Positions 17,919 through 25,793 of a DNA stretch of 32,000 nt are shown here, one piece after another. The notes under the pieces were generated by a model. The model was not told the origin of the DNA, did no database searches, and worked only from the letters and a program-made list of their open reading frames with translations. The position numbers and the translations under genes were made by a program. The stretch is from Geobacter sulfurreducens PCA (GTDB lineage: Bacteria > Desulfobacterota > Desulfuromonadia > Geobacterales > Geobacteraceae): assembly GCF_000007985.2 (NCBI RefSeq), contig NC_002939.5:240001-272000 (forward strand), written 5' to 3'. Numbering within the stretch: position 1 is the first letter of the stretch; each line of letters opens with the position of its first letter.

Positions 17919-17930
17919 TAATGATCACGG

Positions 17931-18404
17931 ATGGAATTCATCCCCGGGGGAGATGCCGGCATAATGCAGCCAGAGCCCGTCGTTTCGAACATTGCCCATG
18001 TCATCCAGATGTCTGTCGCGCCGGTTTTTCTCCTCACCGGTGTCGGCGCGATTCTGTCCGTGCTCATCAATCGGCTGGGCCGCATCGTTGACCGTGCCCG
18101 CGTCATCGAACAGCACCTTGCCGATGTCGCCAGTGATGGCAGGGCCTTGGCCAGGCTTGAGCTGACAACGCTCGGTCGCCGCATGCGGTTGATCAACTGG
18201 GCCATCAGTTCGTGCACGATAAGCGCGCTCCTCGTGTGCGTGGTCATAGCCCTGCTTTTTGTGGGTGCGTTCCTCCACGTCAATGTGTCGGACGTTGCCG
18301 CCCTGCTGTTCGTGTTTGCCATGCTCGCACTGATCGGAGGCTTGCTGGGCTTTCTCCGGGAGATCTACCTGGCGATCGCCACTGCACGCCTGGGGATGCG
18401 CTGA
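17931..18404 (+). CDS. DUF2721 family membrane protein
   Basis: 157 aa. IQMSVAPVFLLTGVGAILSVLINRLGRIVDRARVIE matches the DUF2721 signature as I remember it, and two further TM helices follow. An alternative start at 17964 (MQPEP...) is possible. Confidence 0.65.
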   Translation: MEFIPGGDAGIMQPEPVVSNIAHVIQMSVAPVFLLTGVGAILSVLINRLGRIVDRARVIEQHLADVASDGRALARLELTTLGRRMRLINWAISSCTISALLVCVVIALLFVGAFLHVNVSDVAALLFVFAMLALIGGLLGFLREIYLAIATARLGMR

Positions 18405-18483
18405 CGCTGCCGATCCCGGGCCGAGCGCGATGACTGTACACAATCCGCTCCACGACGAGATATTCCGCCACCACCTCCACAAT

Positions 18484-18789
18484 CTATTCAGCACCGCAGG
18501 CACGTGCCGGATTCCTGTGGGCAGCCCTGCCGGCTACCGCCTCCCTTTCGGTGCCGCAAATTGCCGAAGTTCCATCGTGAGGGCTGCGCCAGGTATAACC
18601 CTGCCGTCTCCCGCGGATGGCGCACTGGCTCGGGGACTCCAGGTCACGAGACAGACGATACTCCGGACAGTCTTCCTCCACGCGTGTTTCTGCCACCAGG
18701 TTCAGGGGCTCTGTCCTGACAGCGCCGGCAGCCTCCCTCACTGTCGCCTCTGCGGTAACTGTTACGGTTGGTGTTGAGTACCCTCTCAT
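18484..18789 (-). pseudogene. ABM (antibiotic-biosynthesis-monooxygenase-like) domain remnant, probably frameshifted
   Basis: The N-terminal half TPTVTVTAEATVREAAGAVRTEPLNLVAETRVEEDCPEYRL aligns by eye with the intact ABM at 26319..26609 (MPTVTVIAEVRAREEAVDAVRVELLKLVSETRQEEGCLEYRL). The C-terminal half loses similarity except for WRSP versus WQSP. A better continuation (AALTMELRQFAAP versus ACLERHLGSGHFRAY) appears in another frame. Confidence 0.35.
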
Positions 18790-18954
18790 CTCGTCGGCCT
18801 CCAGTCCGTGACCCCTCACCGGCGTGGCAAAAGAGAAGATGTTCCGCGCATCATGAATGACACATCCAGCGGCTAAACCCTGCTGCTGGCAGCGGGCATG
18901 ACGGCAGGCCGGTCACAGTCGCCCGGTTGTGCGATGGACCTGTCATGGAGCTTT

Positions 18955-18963
18955 GCGCGGCAT
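18955..18963. repeat. Target-site duplication, left copy (GCGCGGCAT)
   Basis: A 9-bp direct repeat, identical to 20204..20212, that abuts the IS terminal inverted repeat. Confidence 0.85.
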
Positions 18964-18982
18964 CACTGCTGTCCCATAGTTT
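18964..18982. repeat. IS left terminal inverted repeat (CACTGCTGTCCCATAGTTT)
   Basis: Exact reverse complement of 20185..20203. Confidence 0.9.
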
Positions 18983-19065
18983 AACTGAATAAAGAGAGGC
19001 CCTGAGAGCTACTTGTGATATATTGAGTTCGCCAAAACACCAATATTAACAAGGAGATCAGAGCC

Positions 19066-20184
19066 GTGGCACATTGTAACACAGTCCTTAACCAAGTTGT
19101 CGGTTTTTTCAAGAGACATGAATTTGAATCCCTTGCCCGCAAGCATCACATCGGGCAGAAGTTTCGTTCTTTTAACCGTTGGTCGCAGTTCATGGCGATG
19201 ATGGTTTGTCAACTTTCCGGCAGAAAAAGTCTGCGGGATATCGTGGAAAACCTCAAGGCCCAAGGCCACAAGCTCTATCATCTGGGCATGAAGACGGTTT
19301 CCCGTACCACCTTGGCCAGAGTGAACGATGAACAGCCGCATGAGTTGTACAAAGAGCTCTTTTACAAAATGCTGCATCGATGCAAGGCAGTTGCACCCAG
19401 TCATCGCTTCAAGATCGATGAAAAAGTCTATCTGCTGGATGCCACCACCATCAATCTCTGTCTGGAGGCGTTCCCTTGGGCCACCTACCGGCAGAAGAAG
19501 GGTGCCATAAAGATGCATGTCGGTCTTGATGCTGACGGCTATCTGCCTGAGTTCATCGATGTGACCGAAGGCAAGAAGCACGAGATGTCCTGGGCCAGGA
19601 TGCTACAACTGCCTGCCGGTTCACTGGCCGTCTTTGACCGGGGCTTCACCGATTACGACTGGTGGCAGCAACTAACGACCAACGGCATCTTCTTCGTAAC
19701 CCGGCTGAAAGAGAACGCCTTGGTGGAATACTTCAAGAAGCGTCCCGGCAGGAAAGCAACGGGCGTCATTCTTGACCAGGAGATTCGGCTCAAAGGGATG
19801 AAGGACAAACTGCGGCTTGTCCAGTTCATCGCCGATGACGGCAACGATTACCGCTTCGTGACCAATGCGCATCACCTGAAAGCAGCAATCGTGGCGGATC
19901 TCTACAAAGAGCGCTGGAAGATCGAACTGTTCTTCAAGTGGATCAAACAGAACCTGAAGATCAAGACCTTCCTCGGCACCTCGGAGAATGCCGTACTCAC
20001 ACAGATCTGGATTGCCCTGTGCGTGTATCTGGTACTGGCATACTTGACGTTTCTGTCAAAGATCGGATCGTCGATGCAGCAGATATTACGGTTATTACAG
20101 CTGAATTTGTTCGAGCGGCGAGACCTTGAAAGCCTATTCAAACCACCGAAAGTAGAGGCTTCGCCACAACTGGTGCTGCTTTAG
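19066..20184 (+). CDS. IS4-family DDE transposase (DUF4372 N-terminal domain plus DDE_Tnp_1)
   Basis: 372 aa with a GTG start preceded by AAGGAG. The C-terminal YKERWKIELFFKWIK fits the IS4-family Y-x2-R-x3-E-x6-K signature exactly. Candidate DDE acidic residues lie in LLDATT and FDRGF. Confidence 0.9.
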   Translation: MAHCNTVLNQVVGFFKRHEFESLARKHHIGQKFRSFNRWSQFMAMMVCQLSGRKSLRDIVENLKAQGHKLYHLGMKTVSRTTLARVNDEQPHELYKELFYKMLHRCKAVAPSHRFKIDEKVYLLDATTINLCLEAFPWATYRQKKGAIKMHVGLDADGYLPEFIDVTEGKKHEMSWARMLQLPAGSLAVFDRGFTDYDWWQQLTTNGIFFVTRLKENALVEYFKKRPGRKATGVILDQEIRLKGMKDKLRLVQFIADDGNDYRFVTNAHHLKAAIVADLYKERWKIELFFKWIKQNLKIKTFLGTSENAVLTQIWIALCVYLVLAYLTFLSKIGSSMQQILRLLQLNLFERRDLESLFKPPKVEASPQLVLL

Positions 20185-20203
20185 AAACTATGGGACAGCA
20201 GTG
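20185..20203. repeat. IS right terminal inverted repeat (AAACTATGGGACAGCAGTG)
   Basis: Exact reverse complement of 18964..18982. Confidence 0.9.
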
Positions 20204-20212
20204 GCGCGGCAT
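20204..20212. repeat. Target-site duplication, right copy (GCGCGGCAT)
   Basis: Identical to 18955..18963. Confidence 0.85.
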
Positions 20213-20494
20213 ATCAAGTTTCAGTTCCAGGGAGAATTTACGGGTAGTCAAACTTTCCCGACAGACGGACTGATTTGTTATTTTCTATTCTGCCGAAGTT
20301 GTGCACTTAATCGTGGCGGAATTACATGTCAAAGATCAAGTCCTCTGCTAGTGTTTGATTGCGGGTGATGTTCGTTCGTGAGCTTGTGGGAATGCGGCGA
20401 TTTGCTTACGGCATTAATAGACTTAGCTGAGTTCAAGGGAACAGTCGAACCTCGGGCTCGAAGTGTCTGATCTGTATTTGCAGGAGTTTCGGAA

Positions 20495-22987
20495 GTGATC
20501 CATCGGCACCTTCAACATTCGCCGTTTCCCGTTCTGCTGGTAGAACCGCAGGGACGCATTGTGCAAGCCAGCCCGGCAAGTCTCGAATTCCTGGGCATAG
20601 GATCGCGTCACTCCGCCCCCAGCGCTCTGGCCGACATCATGCATGCGGAACAGTGCGAGGCCGTGCTTCGCGCCGGAGCCGCCTTGACCGACACCGGGTT
20701 TTGGGAAGGAGAATGTTCTTTGATCGGGCGGGATGGGCAGCCCGTGCGGGCGTTCCTCCGGGTGGCCAGGGCTGGTGATGACCGCCTGGTGATGTACCTT
20801 CGGGACTCCGCCGGGCGCAGTCGCTCCGAAGAGTTGCTGCGCATCCGTTTGCAGCTGTCGGAACGTGCCCGGTGCGAAAGCCTCGACGAGTTACTTCGGT
20901 CAGCCCTGGATGCCGCTGAACGGCTGACCGACAGCAGTATCGGTTACCTCCATGTTGTTGCCCCGGACCGGGAGCAGGCTTCCCTGCAGGCGTGGTCGAG
21001 CAATACCCTGGCCACCATGTGCCGGGTGAGAGGCGAAAAAGAGCACCATCCGACCAGACGGGCCGGGATCTGGGGTGATTGCTGTCGCGAACGTACTGCC
21101 ATGATCCATAACGATTACGCCGGGCTTCCACATAAAAAGGAACTGCCCGAGGGACACCCCCCCATTGTGCGGGTGATGGGTGTGCCGATCATTCATGGCG
21201 ACAAGGTGCTCGCCATTATCGGCGTGGGCAACAAGGCGACGGAGTACATCCGTGAAGATGCGGATGCGCTGCATGAGCTCGCCTCGATGATCATGGACCT
21301 GGTGGAGCGCAAGCAGGCTGAAGCGCAGTTGCTCGCAAGCGAAAAGCGCTTCAGGACGGTCTTTGAGCAGGCGGCAGTCGGGGTGGCCCTGGTTGATCCG
21401 CTGACGGGCCGGTTCGTCAGGGTCAATGCGAAATACGGCGACATCGTCGGCTACTCTCCCGAGACAATGCTGACGATGGGGTTCCAGGAGCTCACCCACC
21501 CCGACGATCTGGCGGTCGACCTGGAGTGCATCTCCCGGCTCTTGAAGGGGGAAATCCGTACCTTTACGAGAGAGAAGCGTTACCTGCACCGGGACGGCTG
21601 CAACGTGTGGGTCAGACTGACCGTCTCTCCCCTGTGGGCGGACGGCGAGGAGCCGAGCTTCAACATCGCCATCGTGGAAGACATAACCGCCCGCAAGGCG
21701 GCGGAGGCGGCCCTCCGGGAAGCGAAGGAACAGCTGGAGCTTCGCGTCAGGGAAAGGACTGCGGATCTGGAACAGGCCAACCGGGCCTTGCAGGAGGAGG
21801 TAGCCGCACGCAGCCAGGCCGAGGAATCTCTTCGTGCAAGCGAGTCAAGGTTCAGGCGTCTCGTCCAGATGGCGCCGCTGCCACTGTGCTTCGCGGATGC
21901 GAGCGGCACCTTGCGGTACGTAAACGACCGGTTCACGCGGCTGTTCGGCTATGCGCCGGAAGACATCCCGACGCAGGAGGAGTGGTGGAGTCGGGTTTGC
22001 ACCGATGGGCGCTGCCGAGGGGAGACGGCCGATGCCTGGCAGGCGTCCGTGCAAAGAGGCCCGAACGGTGCGAGTGATATCGAACCCGCTGAATTCCGGG
22101 TCGCGTGCAAGAACGGTGATATTCGTCTGGTGGAAGTTTCCGGGATAACGATTGAGGGCACGGTCCTGGCGACATTCATCGATATCACCGAGCGCCGGTT
22201 GGCGGAGGATGAGCTTCATCGCCACAGGGAACTGCTCGAGGAGCTGGTTCACCAGCGGACTGCGGAACTGAAACTGCGGAACATGGAGCTGGCCTCCGAG
22301 ATTGCCGAACGCCGGCGGGCCGAGGCAGCCCTCCGCTGCTACACCCGGCGTCTCACCGAGATGGAAGAGGACCTGAGGAAGAAGCTCGCCGCCGAACTGC
22401 ACGACGAGATCGGGAGGGATCTGACCGCCCTCAATCTCAACTTTTCCGTTATCGGCAACCGTCTCGTGCAGGGCCCGGACGGGTGCCTCAAGGCGAGGAT
22501 CGAAGACACGGAACGGCTTATCGAAGACATAAGCCGCACGGTCCGGGGCCTAACTGCCAAGCTGCGGCCGCCCGTGCTGGACGACTACGGTCTGCCGGCA
22601 GCGCTACGCTGGCATGCTGATCTTTTTTCACGGCGGACCGGGATTGAGGTGACGGTACGGGGGGCCGACAGCGTTCCCCGGATGCCTGCGGAAAAGGAAA
22701 TAGCGCTCTTTCGTATCGTTCAGGAGGCCCTCACGAATTGTTCGAAACATGCAAACGCAGGGAACGTGAAGGTCTCCCTGGATCACGGCGATGGGCGGGT
22801 GCGGCTTTCGGTTGTGGACGACGGTATTGGATTTGCACCTGAAAGTGCCTCGCCGACACCGGCGGGAAGCGGCTGGGGGCTGACAATCATGCGCGAGCGG
22901 GCTGAACTGATCGGCGGGACGTTCCGGCTGAATACCGCGCCGGGCAAAGGTACGGTACTGACTGTTGAAATTGACGAGGGTTCGTAG
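20495..22987 (+). CDS. Multi-domain sensor histidine kinase: PAS-GAF-PAS-PAS-HisKA_3-HATPase_c (NarX/DegS class)
   Basis: 830 aa. GAF-like region: SSIGYLHVV...GVPIIHGDKVLAIIGVGNK. PAS S-boxes: SEKRFRTVFEQAAVGVALVD and SESRFRRLVQMAPLPL. HisKA_3 H-box: LAAELHDEIGRDLTAL. ATPase N/G boxes: QEALTNCSKHA, DDGIGF and GWGLTIMRERAELIGG. The start is GTG and is uncertain. Confidence 0.85.
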   Translation: MIHRHLQHSPFPVLLVEPQGRIVQASPASLEFLGIGSRHSAPSALADIMHAEQCEAVLRAGAALTDTGFWEGECSLIGRDGQPVRAFLRVARAGDDRLVMYLRDSAGRSRSEELLRIRLQLSERARCESLDELLRSALDAAERLTDSSIGYLHVVAPDREQASLQAWSSNTLATMCRVRGEKEHHPTRRAGIWGDCCRERTAMIHNDYAGLPHKKELPEGHPPIVRVMGVPIIHGDKVLAIIGVGNKATEYIREDADALHELASMIMDLVERKQAEAQLLASEKRFRTVFEQAAVGVALVDPLTGRFVRVNAKYGDIVGYSPETMLTMGFQELTHPDDLAVDLECISRLLKGEIRTFTREKRYLHRDGCNVWVRLTVSPLWADGEEPSFNIAIVEDITARKAAEAALREAKEQLELRVRERTADLEQANRALQEEVAARSQAEESLRASESRFRRLVQMAPLPLCFADASGTLRYVNDRFTRLFGYAPEDIPTQEEWWSRVCTDGRCRGETADAWQASVQRGPNGASDIEPAEFRVACKNGDIRLVEVSGITIEGTVLATFIDITERRLAEDELHRHRELLEELVHQRTAELKLRNMELASEIAERRRAEAALRCYTRRLTEMEEDLRKKLAAELHDEIGRDLTALNLNFSVIGNRLVQGPDGCLKARIEDTERLIEDISRTVRGLTAKLRPPVLDDYGLPAALRWHADLFSRRTGIEVTVRGADSVPRMPAEKEIALFRIVQEALTNCSKHANAGNVKVSLDHGDGRVRLSVVDDGIGFAPESASPTPAGSGWGLTIMRERAELIGGTFRLNTAPGKGTVLTVEIDEGS

Positions 22988-23635
22988 ATGGTGATCAAGG
23001 TTCTCATTGCCGATGACCATGCCGTCGTAAGGGACGGACTGACCATGATTCTCGAATCCCAGAGCGATATTGCCGTGATCGGTCAGGCCGGCGACGGGCG
23101 CGAGGCGATAGCGATGGCCGAGTCGCTTAAGCCCAACGTGGTGGTTATGGACATTACCATGCCGGAACTGAACGGCATCGAAGCCGCCCGCCTGATTGCC
23201 AGAGAGCAGCCGGCGACAAAAATCGTCATTCTTTCCATGCACGACACCCTTGAGCACGTCTACCGCGCGCTCCAGGCCGGCGCGCGGGGGTATCTCCTGA
23301 AGGAATCGGCAGGTGCCGAGGTCACCGATGCAGTGCGAACGGTCATGCGGGGGCACCGCTATTTCGGCAGAGGGAGTCGGCTGCCGTCCGACATGCACCG
23401 CTCCGCCTGCGCCGATCTCCCGAAAAGTCCCCTCGACAGCCTGAGCCAGCGGGAGCGGGAGGTCCTGCAGCTGGTAGTCGAGGGGAAGAAAAGCTCTGAG
23501 ATTGCTGAAATCCTTTCCCTTTCACCCAAAAGCATCGAAACCTACCGCAGCAGGCTGATGATTAAGCTCGGTATCACCAATATCCCTTCGCTGGTCAAAT
23601 TTGCCCTTCTACACGGCGTTACCCCCGCAAAATAG
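22988..23635 (+). CDS. NarL/FixJ-family response regulator (REC plus LuxR-type HTH)
   Basis: 215 aa. VLIADDHAVVRDGL ... VVVMDITMPELNG carries the phospho-Asp in its usual context. The C-terminal LSQREREVLQLVVEGKKSSEIAEILSLSPKSIETYRSRLMIKLG is a LuxR HTH. Its ATG directly abuts the kinase TAG stop. Confidence 0.9.
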   Translation: MVIKVLIADDHAVVRDGLTMILESQSDIAVIGQAGDGREAIAMAESLKPNVVVMDITMPELNGIEAARLIAREQPATKIVILSMHDTLEHVYRALQAGARGYLLKESAGAEVTDAVRTVMRGHRYFGRGSRLPSDMHRSACADLPKSPLDSLSQREREVLQLVVEGKKSSEIAEILSLSPKSIETYRSRLMIKLGITNIPSLVKFALLHGVTPAK

Positions 23636-23837
23636 TCTTTTCACTGTTTGAGTCAAACATTCCTGACAGACTGACGACGTTATTTCGGATATTTACTGTC
23701 GTTGGGCGCCTATCCTTTTGTTCATACCGCGGGAAACCCTGCAGTACCTGTCCCAACCGTGCCCATGTCCTTTGACATGTATACGCCGCTTCCGGCCCCG
23801 GAGCGGAATGATCCGGCAAAACACAGGAGGAAGGAGC

Positions 23838-25688
23838 ATGGCCGGCAGCAATCAGAATGTAGCGTTACGGATTACTGCGATCTATGCGCTCGTCGGCGTG
23901 TCATGGATTCTCTTTTCCGATTGGCTGCTCTATCTCGCGGTTGGCGACCCTCATCTCCTCACGCGACTCCAGATGGGAAAGGGATGGGTGTACGTGGCCG
24001 CGACCGCCATGCTCCTCTACTGGCTCGTCCACCGGGATACGGCGCAGATCAGTCGCTCCGAGGAAGATCTCCGGGTGCGGAATGAAGAACTGACCGTGGT
24101 AGAGGAGGAACTCAGGCAGCAAAACGAAGAACTGATCGTGGCCGAGGAAGAACTTCGGCAGCAGCTGACCGAGAACTACGAGAGCCAGAAAAAATTGTTC
24201 GAGGCACATCAGGCAATGGCAGCCATCCTCCAGGCGTCACCGGTCGCCATCGTGGCGCTTGACAGGGAAGACAAGGTCGTGGTGTGGAACCGTGCCGCCG
24301 AGCGCCTCTTCGGCTGGCTTGAGGGGGAGGTTCGGGGGACGCCCTTTTCCCTGCTCCACCCCGACGACACGAAAGATGAGGAGCGGGTCTGCGGGAGCGC
24401 CTGCCAGGAGGCGGTCCTGCACGATATCGAAGGCGTGCGCATGAAGAAAAACGGAGAGTTGATCAGTGTCAGCATCTCCACTGCGCCACTGCACGATCCT
24501 GCCGGGCTGAACGCCGGCGTGATCGCAATGTTCACCGACATCACCGACCGCAAGTCTGCGGCTAAAAGTCTCAGAAAAAGCAACGAAAAGTATGTCGAAC
24601 TGGTCAATGCCATCAGCGGCATCGTCTGGGAGCTTGACGTCGAGAGTTTTTGTTTCACGTTTGTCAGCCGGAGGTCAGAGGATATCCTGGGCTATCCCGC
24701 CGAGGCATGGCTGGCCGAGCCGGGGTTCTGGGAGCGCTGCATCCACCCCGACGACCGCGCGTGGGTGCTTGCCGCCTGCCGCACGGCGCATGGCGAGGGA
24801 ACCAGCCATGAGTTGGAGTATCGCGGACTCGCCGCCGATGGCCACATTATCTGGCTGCGGAACTCATTCGTGGTTGTCGAGGACACGAACGGCCACGTGA
24901 AGCTCCGCGGGGTCATGACCGATATCAGCCGGCGAAAGAATGCCGAGGATGAACTGTCCAGACTCAATGCCGAGCTCGAACAACGGGTGGCGCAGCGAAC
25001 GTCGGAGTTGGCGGCACTCAACCGGGAACTGGAAGCCTTCAGCTATACGGTTTCCCACGATTTGCGGGCCCCCCTGCGCCACATCGAAGGGTTCGGCAGG
25101 GCTCTTCAGGAGGATTACTACGAGGCCTTTGACGATACGGGGAAATTACACTTGGCCCGGCTCTGTTCGGCAGCCAGAAAGATGGGGCAACTGATCGACG
25201 ATCTGCTCCGCCTTGCCATGGTCAGCAAGGGGGAAATCAACCGGCGTCCCACCAATCTCAGCACGATCGCACATGGCATTGTGCAGGATCTGACGCTGTC
25301 TCAGCCGGAGCGCGCGGTTGCATTCCGGATAACCGACGGGATCGAGGTGAACGGCGATCCCCGGCTGCTGCAAGTCGTTATGGAGAATCTCCTCAGCAAT
25401 GCATGGAAATACACGGGGAAGCGGCAGGATGCCGTTATAGAGTTCGGTGTGGGCGAGGATCGGGGGCGAACGGTCTTCTTTGTCAGGGACAACGGAGTTG
25501 GCTTTGCCAATGAACATGCCGAAAAAATCTTCAAGCCGTTCCTGAGGCTCCACAGCGCGGAGGACTATGAGGGGTCGGGCGTTGGTCTGGCAACGGTGCG
25601 CCGTGTCGTGGAGCGCCATGGGGGGCGTGTGTGGGCGCAGGGCCGGGAAGGGCACGGCGCCGTGTTCTTCTTTACTCTGGATAACTGA
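23838..25688 (+). CDS. Membrane-anchored PAS-PAS sensor histidine kinase (classical HisKA plus HATPase_c); no adjacent cognate regulator
   Basis: Track ORF 23718..25688. I prefer the ATG at 23838 (MAGSNQNVALRITAIYALVGVSWILFSDWLL...), which is preceded by AGGAGGAAGGAG. It has a coiled-coil EEL repeat and two PAS domains. The H-box is FSYTVSHDLRAPLRHIEGF; the ATPase blocks are NLLSNAWKY, DNGVGF and GSGVGLATV. Confidence 0.85.
   Translation: MAGSNQNVALRITAIYALVGVSWILFSDWLLYLAVGDPHLLTRLQMGKGWVYVAATAMLLYWLVHRDTAQISRSEEDLRVRNEELTVVEEELRQQNEELIVAEEELRQQLTENYESQKKLFEAHQAMAAILQASPVAIVALDREDKVVVWNRAAERLFGWLEGEVRGTPFSLLHPDDTKDEERVCGSACQEAVLHDIEGVRMKKNGELISVSISTAPLHDPAGLNAGVIAMFTDITDRKSAAKSLRKSNEKYVELVNAISGIVWELDVESFCFTFVSRRSEDILGYPAEAWLAEPGFWERCIHPDDRAWVLAACRTAHGEGTSHELEYRGLAADGHIIWLRNSFVVVEDTNGHVKLRGVMTDISRRKNAEDELSRLNAELEQRVAQRTSELAALNRELEAFSYTVSHDLRAPLRHIEGFGRALQEDYYEAFDDTGKLHLARLCSAARKMGQLIDDLLRLAMVSKGEINRRPTNLSTIAHGIVQDLTLSQPERAVAFRITDGIEVNGDPRLLQVVMENLLSNAWKYTGKRQDAVIEFGVGEDRGRTVFFVRDNGVGFANEHAEKIFKPFLRLHSAEDYEGSGVGLATVRRVVERHGGRVWAQGREGHGAVFFFTLDN
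24081..24164 (+). repeat. In-frame 42-bp tandem duplication inside the kinase coiled coil
   Basis: 24081..24122 encodes NEELTVVEEELRQQ and 24123..24164 encodes NEELIVAEEELRQQ. The two DNA copies differ at only a handful of positions. Confidence 0.8.
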
Positions 25689-25793
25689 AGAAATGTTCCG
25701 CGCGGAGGCGATTGGCCCGGTTCGTGCTAAAATAACCCGCAACAACCATCCTGATTAACTAGTATAGTGCACAGGTTCTGGAAAGGGGTGAGC

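Larger units (their letters stand above)
18964..20203 (+). mobile_element. Intact IS4-family insertion sequence (1240 bp)
   Basis: Bounded by 19-bp perfect terminal inverted repeats and flanked by a 9-bp direct repeat. It carries one DDE transposase ORF whose stop abuts the right repeat. G+C is visibly lower than in the flanks. Confidence 0.9.

Noticed and set aside
18430-18777. 115-aa plus-strand ORF between DUF2721 and the IS
   Set aside because: It is antisense to the ABM-like remnant, which has a detectable paralog elsewhere in the window. The plus-strand translation has no features.
20213-20494. A gene disrupted by the IS (a ~60-codon ORF can be read across the reconstructed empty site), and a sigma54 or riboswitch element in this AT-rich spacer
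   Set aside because: The reconstructed ORF is short, AT-rich at third codon positions unlike native genes, and has no recognisable motif. I found no properly spaced -24/-12 element or known riboswitch core.
23636-23837. GEMM / c-di-GMP riboswitch, which is common in Geobacter leaders, in this and other long leaders (27370..27575, 29871..30120)
   Set aside because: I looked for the conserved GEMM-I core (paired GNRA-tetraloop/receptor helices with the ACGCAAAGCC-like segment) and did not see it.
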